DNA of 64,000 nucleotides from Orbicella franksi. Lineage: Eukaryota. The stretch lies in the NCBI GenBank assembly GCA_964199315.1, contig OZ116698.1:9610001-9674000 (forward strand), read 5' to 3'. Made by a program: the position numbers and the translations under genes. The first letter of the stretch is position 1, and each line of letters starts with the position of its first letter. Below are positions 25,801 to 38,200 of this stretch, one piece after another. The notes under the pieces were generated by a model. The model saw nothing but the letters and a program-made list of their open reading frames with translations. It searched no databases and was not told where the DNA came from.

Positions 25801-28800
25801 AGATCCATATTTGCTTTATTAATAGTCAAAAAGTTGATTATTATAAGTTTTATGCCAAAATTAGTCTATTCTCATTAATTCACTTTTTGTTGCAACAAAA
25901 CCTGCAGTGAATCTTTTGCTGAATAAAGTCAGATTAGTCTCAATACAGTTGTGCAATCATGCAAGTCCTCTTACTTTGTCATGCTTAGTTTGAAACAACC
26001 CACCTTCCCTCCAAGAGCAAATCAAGCCAATTTTCTAAACAGGAGTATGAATGTTTTTTTTTTTAGAGTATTTAGTATATCCAATACATCTTATGCCATG
26101 CTGTTGAAACTACCTGATTATGATTTGAAATAATCACATCAAAATTGAGGGCTCTGCATGCGATGTAAACCATAGTAACTTGTTAAGAATAAGAATAACA
26201 TAGTAATAACATGTTACAATTTATATTTCCTTATTTAAGGACCAGAACTTTATCTGGCCCCAAGCCAATACCATTAATACCAGAAAATGATCAAGATAAA
26301 AACAAGGTACTAAATGTATTAATATCTACAGACATAAAGTTTTGAATAATTCTGACATTACTAATTTTTTAAAGAATAATTGTTCAGTTACATAGATATG
26401 TAGCGAAAGGTAAATCTTATTAAGTAGGTTTATCCTGGTAACATATAAATTAAAAGATCAGAAGTAAGACAAAATTTTTATTTTTTCATTATCAAGATTG
26501 TGGATCAAATATTTTTCTATTTCTAAGATGTTCAAGGCAGTAAATTTCAGAACAGAGTAGAAGCCTTTAGATCAAAATAATGAATCATACAGAATGTTTC
26601 AGAATGTTGTGATTCAGGATGAATAGACCTGTGTATGTTTTGTCTGAGGTTGAATGTTATTTTGGTTAGGATATCACCATGTTATTTGGTACATGTGTAT
26701 AAATGACCTTGTTTCAACTTTGACAGATGGTTACCCTCACAAAACAAAATAGGAAACATCCAAGCAGCTGGGTGGATGCACCTGTGTTTGTCCCAGTAAG
26801 TAATAAGACCAAAGTGTCCTCATTGTATATCCAAAATTATCCCTTAATGATAAGTTATTTGCTCTCATGTAAAATTGGGTATGATGTCACAACGTTGCCA
26901 TATGCCTGGTAACTCAGATCTTGGTGAAATATCATGTCATTTGAAACTTTTATCTTTCTCTAGCACACCAGTAATGTTCGAGTTTCTATTGGATGGATTG
27001 GTCAGGCACTCTAGTCGCTCAAAGTTGAACAGTAGCATTACTCAAAAATCCGATCTAGCCACCTTAATATTAAGTTATAACTAGCAAATAATACAATTCT
27101 GTCAATAATGCAATTTTTGAATGTTGTTCTCCAAAGGGCAAAGCATATCAGGGCTCGAGCTCATCAGAAAGGGAGGCGGAAAGTATAACAGATCCTGTGA
27201 GTATTCCAGACCCACATAAAGCTTTGAACGTGCCTTATACACTCATTATGCATGCATCCATGAATGTGTATAGCAAGGCAGGCTATCAGACTGGTCACCA
27301 CTAAACTACATTGTACATGATGTGAAACTGTTGTATGGTTACTTTATAGGATGGTGGTAATCTGTCATATTCTGCAGCAGCTCAGAGTGGGGTAGAATTT
27401 GTTGATGACCTTACTGATGAAGAGGCTTCTCAAGTGGTGGGTAATGAGTCTGTCAGCTTTATAAGATGTTATAGTAGCATACTTAATTATTCACTAGAAA
27501 CATTGAAAAGTTTCATAGGCATGCATTGCATGTAGAGAGTACAGATTAATAGCCCTTCACATTTACATGTATTACATGTCTATCATACTATGAAAAAAGG
27601 TTCAACTGTAATAATATTGATTAAAAGTATTATCGTTTGTCTCATGACGTGGTCACCTGTGTGACTAGCTATCCATCACTTATAAAGCACTGTGTTCCAC
27701 TATGATTGGTTGGTGGCAGTAATACATGTAAGTGACGCATAAGCGGTCAACCTCATCACCTGACGAAGAACAGCAGTATCCAGTAGAAATGTCACGATGT
27801 ACATCACAAGTGACCACATCGTGGAACAAATGAAAAAACTTTATTTTTGGTTGTACTTCACTACGACGATCAACTACAACTTTGAACAACTAGAACCTTT
27901 TTTATGACAAGTACAATTTATTGAATTTTCAATTTATGGGTGTGGTCATACGTTTTTTAATTTGTCTGTTTTGTGCATTTTAGCTCTGTCCATTTGCTGC
28001 GGCAATAGGAGATTGCCCTTTAAGTGAAACGTAAGTTTATTTTCTTGGTATCTGACTTTCATTTTGGAACGGCTGGTGACCAAGGAAAAAAAAGTATCCA
28101 TTTTCTTGCTTTACAGCTGTAGTTACTTACATGGTTTGGAATGCGAGTATTGTGGCAACAAATGTCTTCACCCATTTAATGTGTCTCAACAGGAAGGTAG
28201 GGTGGAGATTATACAATTTAGATTTATTTCATAAGAATTTTAATCAATGAAATAAACATTGTAAATTGCTTAATTATCATTCAGTTTATCCTCTCTACGT
28301 TGGATCTGCTGAAAGACCCCATGCATCACAGTCTGTTTACTTGTGTGAACCGAAAGTCCCTATACCCACAAAAGTAGCCTATATGCATTTTACCAAGTGC
28401 TCGTAACATGCTGGTTTGATTGTGATGAATTTGTTAATTATTCACTCCAATTTCTTCTTTCAGAACATCGCCAGCAATGTATCGAATCCCATGAAAGAGA
28501 CATGGCACACTCATTTGCAGTACAAAGGTAAAGAAAGCTTGAAATTGAAAGTTAAAAAGGTAAAAGGCTGTATGCTTTGGCATGTTACAGATGTTTTCAA
28601 GCCCCTTCACCTTGGTGTTATGTTCTGTTCTTCATAATTTGTTTATTATCTCCTTGTTGCAGGAGCGAGGGTGTAACTTGTGGAATCTGCTTAGAGGTTG
28701 TCAAGTCAAAAGCAAATCCCAGTGAACAAAGATTTGGAATCCTAAGTGAGTTTGTTTCTCTTTTAGTTGTGTTCTACTTTCTTGACATTTTCACACCCAA

Positions 28801-29240
28801 AGCTGTCGAACGTTAATTATGGTTAACAATAATCTTTTGAAAATGACAATTCCGAAACGTCGTTTGTTCTTATCGCTAATTTTTCCTTGCTTGTGGATAC
28901 TGGTAATATTTTTATATAACAACAGAAAGATATGAACACCTAGAAACTGAGAAATCAATGCAGAATAGTATCTTTTAACAAGACTAAACTGGATTTATTA
29001 ATTAACCGTTAAGTGACCTTCTCTGAGTTTGTGGCACCAACAGCATTAACACGAAAACAAAAACAAAAAAAAAAACGGTGTTTATTTTTCACGTAATGTA
29101 ATTGTATGTAATTTGTTTACCCACGGAGCACCAAGGAGTTCACAGTTCACAACTCGTTCAGAAATGTCCCCGCATTCAAGGATCGAATTGGAATTCGAGA
29201 AATGTTGGTTTTTGAGGAGAGGGGAAAACCGGAGTACCCG

Positions 29241-29284
<44 letters not shown>

Positions 29285-32179
29285 AACCCACATATGACGC
29301 CGGGTCCGGGAATTGAACCCGGGACACATTGGTGGGAGGCGAGCGCTCTCACCACTACGCCATCCTTGCCCCCAAATGGTGGTAGAAATGGTAGAAATGG
29401 GCAACTTGAGAGCGGTAATATTGCAGGATAAAAAGTACACACCAATTTCGTAGTATACTAAATCAGTTGTAACTCTATGACGATAGTTATGTTCGTGCAT
29501 TTATTTAGAGTAAATACGATTGAACTTTGAATTTTCACAAAAGTTCTCTTCTTGTTTTTGTTAATCTAGCCTCAGACTTAGATCGCTATGTCTTTGAGAC
29601 AGGGAGGGAGGCTAACCTCATTGAACGGAAGTCCATCTTCAGCCGTTTGGTCACACTATGTGTTTACATTTTGTGACTGATCGCAGTGTAACTTACAGCG
29701 TTTATTCAAAACCCTGATTCATTTTCAATCTTGTTTTAGCTGATTGCAACCACGCCTTTTGTCTGGCTTGTATCCGTCAATGGAGAAATTCGTCACACGC
29801 TAAAAACAAGGTCGTCAGGTAATGTTAAAATCCATCGATATTAGGAAGATGCATATTTTTTCAGATTTATAGGTATTTATTTCTATTACAGACATGAGTG
29901 TTTTACTAGCAGTCGAACCGACTATCGAATCTCCCGTAAGCGACCACCCAAAATGTCAGGCCTAGGTGGTAGCTTAAGGGAGGTTGAAAACAAAAGAAAA
30001 TTTCAAACTTTTAGCGCGGTCTCTTACGAGAGGTGCCCGCTTACAAGTGGTTCCAAATATAGTGATCTGACTTGAAAACTTTTGGTATTTTGGAAAACTG
30101 GTCGCTGAGGAGAGGTGGTCGCAACCGGAGGTTCGACTCTACTTAACAACATCCGAGACCCGAGTGGAGTATTTTCCGTATCCTCATTAGTGAGGATATA
30201 TCGATGACGTCATTTCCTTCTTATATCATGGCTGTTTGTGCAAACACTCAGTTGTGAATACAGCTATTTCAATAGTAACATTGTCGGAGCATTCAAGTTT
30301 ACGCGACAACAACAAAAGTTAAGGTGGAAGTAGAGAGCTGTGCAAAGAAAAGCTATAGAAAAATACTCGTATGAGTGGAAAATCTTATGTATCCTTGCTC
30401 ATACTTCACGTGCAAAAATACAAATTTGTAGATTTTTGTCTTTTAGCCCGTTGGGTTGTCTGTGTCATTGCTTTGGCCATTTTGCTTCCTGCATGTGTTA
30501 TTATTCTATGGCTTGAGGTATCTCCTTCAAGTTATGCCTATTAATATTCTCTGTCTTGATCATTGATTTGATGGTTTTTTTTTCCAGAATGTGTCCGCTT
30601 TGCCGAGTGCCATCAGCGTTTGTTACTCCGGTACGCCATTCATTTTTCGAGTTTTCAGTGTGTTTTAACACTTTCAATTTTGTTTTGATTCAGCAGTTTC
30701 TTCGCAAACAAAAGAATTAAACCAAGGGAACTTTCATTGACATTTATCGTTTTTCAAACTGATACCGAGATGCTGTCACAAAATGAACGTTTTTCACCAT
30801 GGTTTTGGTGCTTTGAATTCAATGCTTGAGGGACTTCTTTTTGAAACGATTCAAATCTTTACAACAATAGGGTTGTTTATGTTATTACATTTCGCAACCG
30901 CGACCACAATTTGCCTGATTCCAACTGAGTATTTTCTCGTAATTAATCGATAAAGAAACCAATCACAGAGCTTGCTTTCATTTAATTTTTTTAGAGTGAA
31001 GTCTGGATTGAAGATCCAACAGAAAAGAAGAAGCTCATAGAAGAGTACAAAACCGCCCTGAAGTAAGCTGTTTTAATCAAGTTCGGGATCAGATTCAATC
31101 TGTGCATCCTGTATAATGCTCATTGTCTGACAATCCTGTTTTGCAGGGAAAAGCCCTGTAGATATTTTGCGGCAGGAACAGGAACGTGTCCGTTTGGCAG
31201 CAGCTGTTTCTATAAACACGGTAGGTCACAAATAACAACTTTCGTGAAGATAATGGCGGTGTTGTAGCAGGAGTACATGTGGTCTTCGGTTATAAGAAAG
31301 TTTTGCGACGTGTTTTTTTCTCGTTTTCTGTAACCACGTTAATAGAAATTCACGACAAATTGCGTTCGTGAGAAGATCAAGGAATATGAGCTATTTGAAT
31401 CGTGACATAAGACATTACATTGTAGCGAAAATTTCTGCAAGAAACGTTGTTTCGAAAGAGAGGTGACCGCTTGGCTGTGGGAGTTCTATTGTAGGTTCGA
31501 GATAAGGTGTTGACAGGGATTGCCAGTGAAGCTTGAAGAAATGTTTACTCCAATTATATTTCAGTTGGTAAAAAGATGTTTTGGAAATGAAAAAATAGAG
31601 GAAGATAAAACAGGGGAAGAGCTAAGAACCTTAGTGTTTGTAGTCTCCTGTACCATTACTGTACATTACATTTTTAGCTTATCCAGATGGAAGAGTGGAG
31701 GAAGTGAAGTTGAGGCACTGTAATACTTCAGAGGGTGTTACGAAGATTGTGAACACTTTCAGGTCAGTTACAATAACAGTGCAATTGCTGTGAAATGTGA
31801 GTTACTTTCCAGTCAGAGATGTTTTCATTTCGACGCTGAGGTCATAAGCAAACATTTCTTTAAATATTTGTTTTACACATCAAGTAGTCCACAAACTGAC
31901 GGATTTGTTTATTTTTCGTATTTTTCACTGTACCTCTACTACCAGGGACACAATACTCAATTGTCGCATTTGGATGCTTAGAAATCATGTCTTCTTTCAC
32001 TACTGTTTACTTAAAGAATAAGATATCATTTCCTTGTTTTTTTCATATGTTTTTACTTGGCTCTTTTTGTGTCCTTTCCCACCAGACTATGGGACTTTCT
32101 TGAAGTTCACGAGGATGAAAGGATTCGTGAAGAATACGCTATAATTGTGCTGGAAGACTCGGATTCAGATTCAGATTGA
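22844..32179 (+). CDS. MKRN: Makorin RING finger / C3H zinc-finger E3 ligase (MKRN1/2-like), ~414 aa; start codon uncertain
   Basis: 17 in-phase exons: 22844-22932, 24699-24774, 25681-25760, 26240-26306, 26727-26795, 27137-27196, 27350-27436, 27984-28030, 28117-28196, 28464-28527, 28663-28745, 29740-29818, 30588-30630, 30995-31062, 31147-31220, 31678-31762, 32086-32179. Motifs [26 protein letters not shown] (PAM2-like), CGICLEVV...[42 protein letters not shown]. Confidence 0.95.
23465..23870. mobile_element. PIF/Harbinger (Tourist-like) MITE
   Basis: TIR GGCCCAGTTCAGACGTC / GACGTCTGAACTGGGCC flanked by TAA on both sides. Confidence 0.85.
23995..24210. repeat. Degenerate 7-bp tandem repeat (CCCCTCA/CTCCTCA)n
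   Basis: About 30 imperfect heptamer units in makorin intron 1. Confidence 0.9.
24330..24682 (+). mobile_element. tRNA-like-module retroelement, ~1.25 units of a 261-bp repeat, 15-bp TSD
   Basis: TAGGAAGTAATCTGT at 24330-24344 and 24668-24682; 66-bp direct repeats at 24341-24406 and 24602-24668; A box 24548-24558, B box 24592-24602, cloverleaf 24541-24613. Confidence 0.85.
27754..27799 (+). ncRNA. Degenerate Penelope-type minimal hammerhead motif, homologous to 38576-38629
   Basis: CATCAC-CTGACGA-AGAACAGCAGTATCCAGTA-GAAAT-GTC-ACGATG; flanks (GTCAACCT..., ...TACATCACAAGTGAC) align with the 38.6 kb copy. Confidence 0.6.
29103..29372 (-). mobile_element. tRNA-derived SINE with V-SINE-like central domain
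   Basis: Minus strand GGGGCAAGGATGGCGTAGTGG (A box)...GGTTCAATTCC (B box)...TTCTCCGGGTACTCCGGTTTTCCCC. Confidence 0.85.
29910..30139. mobile_element. Tc1/mariner-like MITE nested in another repeat
   Basis: Ends CAGTCGAACC / GGTTCGACT(C)TA with repeated CGCTTACGAGAGG-like subterminal motifs. Confidence 0.55.
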
Positions 32180-33019
32180 AGGCTTAAACAAGGACACAAA
32201 TGTACAGAAGGGAAGACTGTGTGAAACTACTTGTTTCTGATGCTTTAACTACAAATTATATCGTTGTGAAAAATATATACTTTTTGAAAATGTAAGTAGC
32301 AGCTGCTCTTGAACGCCTAACTCGTTTACAGTGTGACCCAGCAGCTCCTCAGTTTGATATGACATTAGCGACTGTTTTCAGCGTAAGTCAAGATTACAAC
32401 CCGTCCCTCAGTTGACATTTATAATCTTAAATGGTTAGTAAAATCAACGTTAATCTAACTGCTTTCACTTATCTTCATTCATGTGTTCTTGCACTTTGCA
32501 GCTCACTTTGTTATGAATTTGATAAGCCATCTGATACACTGGAGTGAGATGTAAAATCGAAAAACAGTGAAGAGAATTTGTACAAACAAAATAATTTGTA
32601 ATTTATTTAGACGTGAATTGTATTGTACTTTCTCATTACACTGTAAAAGTCATCTTAAAATATTTTTGATGATTTTCTCTTCAAAGAACTCCCGTTTAGA
32701 TGTAATTTGTTGCTTATGTCGGAAACTGACAACACTAAACACGCTACAAAAAGTTTGGCAAAATTTGCAAGATCCGCGCGTGATGGCGTCTGTATTGTCA
32801 CCACCCTTAGGTTTCTCTTTCTGCCCCAATGATGTAATTTATTTGAGTTAAAGTATCACATTGTAAAATACTTTTGAATAAATGATTGTGAGAATTGTAG
32901 GTGTGAACTTTTTACGAATATTAAATTTTCGGAAATTTAAGGTGGCTCTTAACCTTTTCGTCACAGCTCATAGAGGGGGATGGTTATCAAACGTAGAGAA
33001 AAAGAGCAAACAGATAGCG

Positions 33020-33288
33020 AGGCCCCGTCCACACAATGCCGGACGAATTTGAAAATGGAGGTTACACTATGAAAACGTATCAATTGTTTTCCCTCCACGC
33101 TACGCCGGGGGAATTTAAAAACGCAACAATCATCGGTCATTTTGGATATGTTAGACTATGTGTTTGTATTAGGACGCCATCGTTTTCGAAAAGCTCCGTT
33201 TTCATGACGGATCAGTGTGGACGGTTGGCCTATCCGTAGAAATAAAGCTACGTTTTCAAATTTCTCCGGCGTAGTGTGGACACTGCCC
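33020..33288. mobile_element. MITE, AGGCCCCGTCCACAC family, copy 2
   Basis: Ends AGGCCCCGTCCACAC / GTAGTGTGGACACTGCCC; homologous to 5449-5777. Confidence 0.7.
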
Positions 33289-35214
33289 AAGAGTTATGTT
33301 GAAAGGGCCACTATGCATGACACGCAGCTACTGGTGAGCTGCTCAAACAGAAATCGACAACTCTTGTGTCTTGTGCACGGTCAAGGTTTAAAACTGTTTG
33401 CTAGCAAGAGCAACATCAGAAATCTAACAAGTTATTGAGCAGGGAGGAGAGGAGGAGCTTACTTCTACAGGCCTTCGTGAAGCAAACCTGTGAACGAACG
33501 GAGAGACAAAATACGTAAAGCAACCAGAAGAAAAACAGAGTGGAAGCCAGGAAAAGTGGTCGGGAGAGGGGGGTGGGGGTGGGGGTGCGCTGGGTGAGAA
33601 CGTTGTCCTGCAATGAGTTTCACCAAGATCAAACAAAATGTTTGCCTGCAATACTCTTATTTTGAGACAATAAAGTTTTATTGATTCGTCTGTGCGGTTG
33701 ATCATTCACAATCTAGACACACAAAAAACAGACCAGCCAGTTCAACGAAATACCTAGTAATTAAAACCTGCATCGGGAAAAAAATATAATTTATTATTAG
33801 TAAAGTACTAATAAATACCTCAACGGACAAGATAAAATTTTTACAATCTTCTTTACGTGATTTTGTTTGAATTTAATTTTTACGAAAAATAACTGCAAAA
33901 TTATCTGCTATTCTGTGAAATCTCGCATGCCAGTTCAAACTCCCAAAAGAAAATCGCTCAAGTAAGATTTTAACATTGTTTGTTGTTACACCACACCCCA
34001 TTACCTGTCCAACTATAGTTATACAGCGAAATATTTTCTATGCCCCGGTGATGCCGTCGATCGGCGATTATCCAATATGCCACTGAATTACATTAAACGC
34101 TTCGGAGTTTTCCTATTGGCTCCACAACCCAGTGACAAAATTAAGTGAAATCAAAAATAGGAAAAAGATATAAAACAACGTGGAAATCAATATAGACTTG
34201 TTTAAAAGACGACATATTAAATGTGCCTCAAAGCTGAAATTTGTTTTTTTTGAGCGTCAAACCAGCTGACTAATCTGTTTTGAACTATCTTTTTTTACTT
34301 TACAACGCTAGATTGAACTGTTTTACTAGAGCAATCTGTCATGTCATGAAAGAAAGAAAGAAAAACCTGTAATGCAATGAAGATGGCGACTAGGAACCGA
34401 GTGTGGTGACGGTGTGCTACTGACTTTGTAGGGCGAATGCCTCTAAATGTTTCGAGTAGAGGATTACAGAAAAGTTAAAAAAGCAAAAGGGAAAGAAAAG
34501 CGAATAAAACGTTTTGCCCTAAAACTAGTTCTTAATTGGTTGTTAATCACCTCGTCCTCGTAGCCAATATTTCGGAGGTCTCGCAATGCTTCTCACCACG
34601 AGTAGCGTTGCGTGACACACCACAGTTAACGTGACAGCTGAAGGTCTTCATACAAGTGGTCGCTAAGTAACAGGACGTGTTCTTATTATGATAAGCAAAA
34701 GAGCCATCTTTAGAAACAGTGCTTACAAGTGTTGCTGCAATTTTCTGATAGGTTATTAAATAACAAAGTGAAGTCTGTAGTAGTCGCTTCCTTACTGTAA
34801 ATAACTTGCTTAGTGCGTGTAAAATTATTAAAATATCTGTCTATAAAAACCGAGCATTATCACACAAGTGTTTTTCTCCTCCAGAAAATCGATGGCGCTG
34901 TTTCTGGCATTGTTTGGTAGACGCGTTAAAGGTCAAAATGTTGCGGGCAAAATTACTCGTATGTAAGCTTGTTTTCAAAGTTTTTTTCCCTTCGCGAAGT
35001 TGAAAACAAGATCCAACCAATGCAGCCCCAGAAGCCACCTGTTTGCACACCCAAACAATCCCAGACATCCTTGCGCAGCACTTTACTTGTGTCCAGTCCT
35101 GCAAAAGTTTCAGGAGTGGAGAACGTTCTTGTCTGATTTTCAGGTCCTTTTGGTTTCTACGCAAGGAAAGAAGTCTGGAGGAGCGGAAGATTAGGGCTCA
35201 GAAAGTGAAGTGTG

Positions 35215-38200
35215 TCACGTGTTGGGGTGAGAGAGCATGTCCCATGTTTTGAGCCACTTCCGTCGATTGATCTCAGCAGAGGAGAGAGCCACGTGACCGT
35301 ACGTGAAAGGACTGTAGAAATGAAATCCCCACAGCACAATTACAACCAAGAACGCACAACACCCGTACAATATCTGACGAAGCACTTTGTATCTGAGGAA
35401 AGAACAGAAAAGGTTAAAAACATTTGTGAAAAGCTATCCAGGTAAATTTTTCCCAAAGCTTCTTCATGGAACCTTTGACTACTTCATGAACATTTGCACT
35501 TGCACTAAATCATTTATCGGAAAAAAAATAAGAAGAAATGCCTTCTATTGAAATAGAGTGGACTGCCTAAATCGTTGTGTCAACGAAGTAATACAATACG
35601 ATACAACACGATACTATACAATACAATACGATACGATGCGATGCGATGCGATGCGATGCGATCACAAACGATATCTTACGTGGTTCCTCTATTTCCCAAA
35701 CGAATCAAGGTTGTGCGAGACAATAAGAGGGGAAGGGAGGCAGCTTTGGAGCAGTTTTGCTTTCAGGTGGAACGTGGCTCCGATTTTCGATGGTAAGTGC
35801 TAATTCTCTTACCAACTCTTGTCGAAAGTTGTTGCTCCCTGCACTTCTTGACTTTGCACGACACATGATCTCTAACGACTCCCTCTGTGTTTGCACTGGA
35901 ATCCCTCTGGACCGGCACGAGTAACATACCCTCTCCCCTCCCCTAGGGTGTCCTGTGTGGACTTACCTAAAGATTTCTTGATGAACATGCTCTAACATCA
36001 CTGGTAAAAGAACAATTTTAAAGAACAGCGCGGGAAGGTAATGGTGAATAAACAATGTTCTCTCTAGCGGGAAGAATGTGGCGAAGTGAAGAAGATATCC
36101 CATTACAACAGCTTCACCGCAGAACACGAACTGCTGCCATGAATCTGATCAAAAGGACACAAAGATGTTAACAAAACTTTTTTCATCGGAACGTCATCAT
36201 CTTAGAAAAGTGAAAATGAAAAAAAAAAAAAAAAAAAAAAAAATGAGGAGGGCAAAGAAAAGTTTACATCGGACTTCATGTCCTCATTCCCAGGCTCATA
36301 TCTCCTCACTTTCTCGAGGAAGGAGGAGAACGGACCCTGGGAACGAGGGTGCGGATTGTTGAGAGCTACGATGACGTAAAAGGGGACTCTTTGCCGACGT
36401 CATAGTTAACAGGTAAATTAAAAGCATATTTCCATAGAGAAGGCTCTACACTAGAGACCACTTGACTCCAAACTTGACACACAAATTTGTGAAACTTAGA
36501 AATTGCTGACATTCTTAGCTCTCTGGATGTAATACTGAGCGAGGTATTGTCTTGCAAAAAAATGCAAAATGTTTGGGTGTCAAATGCCCTATTGAGCCTG
36601 TACATTCTTTGCAAATGATGATTTTCTCAACCAGCGTTACGCAAAAAGTATTTAGTACATGTTAAATTACTTCTTGGGACACCTAATCATGCACTGCCTT
36701 TTCAGAGTTGATATTTCTGTAGCTTGACCACAGTTTGAAGCGCTTAGGCTAATAAACAAAAATTGTAAACAAAGATTCTCCAATAACCCGTTTGTTGGAC
36801 TCGTTTGTGGAGACCTGCGATGGACTAGCACCCTACTCACAGGGAGTAAAGACAATCCGGGCTGCTTCATGATACGGAAACCGCAGTCAAGCGCCAACCT
36901 CGAGCCAGTAGGCTTCGTCAAACTGGAGAACAAACCAGTTTCATTGTTCTCTTAACTCAAATCAAACTCTAAAAGTTTTGAAAGCATACCTTTGGACAAG
37001 TCGTACACCTTCCTTCTTCTCCTCAATAAATAAAATAGTAAAAGCCCGAAATACACCGGCAGTGACAGTGTAGTCGCCCACCACACAAAAGGATTACCAA
37101 TGCAAAATATTTGAGCCTGAAAAGACAATTTAAGGCCACATTTAGCTGTGCTTTCATATCAGGGTTTGGTGAAAATGAGATGAAGTGAATCTCAGTGCGG
37201 TAAACCTTACATTGTTGTCTTTAGCAATCCAAAATGCCACTCCTCTTCTCATCAGTGGCCACCAAGAAGGACGCGAACCAAACGTGTGCTCGTTAGCAAG
37301 TTCCTTACTGGACTCTAACATCTTGAGCTGAAGTGAAGAAAAAGATAGATATATCGGTTTTGTAAGAACTACTGACAGACTAAAGTAATCAATCAAAATA
37401 TCAGAAAAAGGGAGGGGAAACAATTTAACAAACCAAACAGATTTCCCAGAATAATTCTGTTAAGCGCCCTGGTGCTAAGGGAAAACTTGCTGTTGGTAGC
37501 GATGTTTACAAGTTTTCCCACGCTTGATAAACGCGAGAAAACGTGCAGCTGGGGTCAAGCGCCAAAAAAATTAAAATAAAATAAAATCAACACTAAGCAG
37601 GGGAAATATGCAGTTGGCTTTAACTAAGCATGGGAAAATACGTCAGTAGTTGGTGCGAAGCGGAAAGAAGAAAAAAACTTACTTTGCAGAGTCTACACGT
37701 ACCTGTATCTCCCAAAATTTAGAGAAAAAAGGCATCGGCTTAAACGCTCTCTCCAGTGGCTCAGGTTTCTTTTCAACCTCTGTTGGACCTTTACCTTCAG
37801 CTGGTAAAGAGAAAGACAGATTTGAAAAGGAATAATAATGACATGAGAGCACAAGAAAGGACATGGACTACCAGAGCTTGACCCGACTTGAAGGATTGGA
37901 CAGATTAGGAGTCTGGACTGCAGTTTAAAAATCAAAAGTCTTACGATAAAACTTACGATAAGTTATGTTTTGCTGATGTTCCTCTACGTTCCAGATTGTG
38001 TTAGTCTGTTTGATGGATTTATCCGTGCAGACTTCAAGTTGGTGAAAACCCCAGTCTGGCAACTGCATCCCCGATATCTAAACAAAATATGAACGAAAAT
38101 TAAGCAATGTCCTCTTTCTGTACATTTAACCTTTATGCCTCACTTCAGACAGTGGTAGAACTACTGTAACTTTGTTTCCTAGTAAATTCATTTTCTCTGC

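Noticed and set aside
35212-36170. Apparent three-exon plus-strand gene (ORF 35212-35445, 35711-35793, 36068-36170) with in-phase splice-like sites
   Set aside because: Two of the three pieces are the antisense shadows of the last two POMT1 exons (HHYLPAL; FYSPFTYG...KWLKTWD), which explains the open frames.
36366-36933. Minus-strand ORFs of 82 and 88 aa as POMT1 C-terminal exons
   Set aside because: No similarity to POMT1; partly a degenerate SINE; the true exons are at 36144-35967 and 35392-35215.
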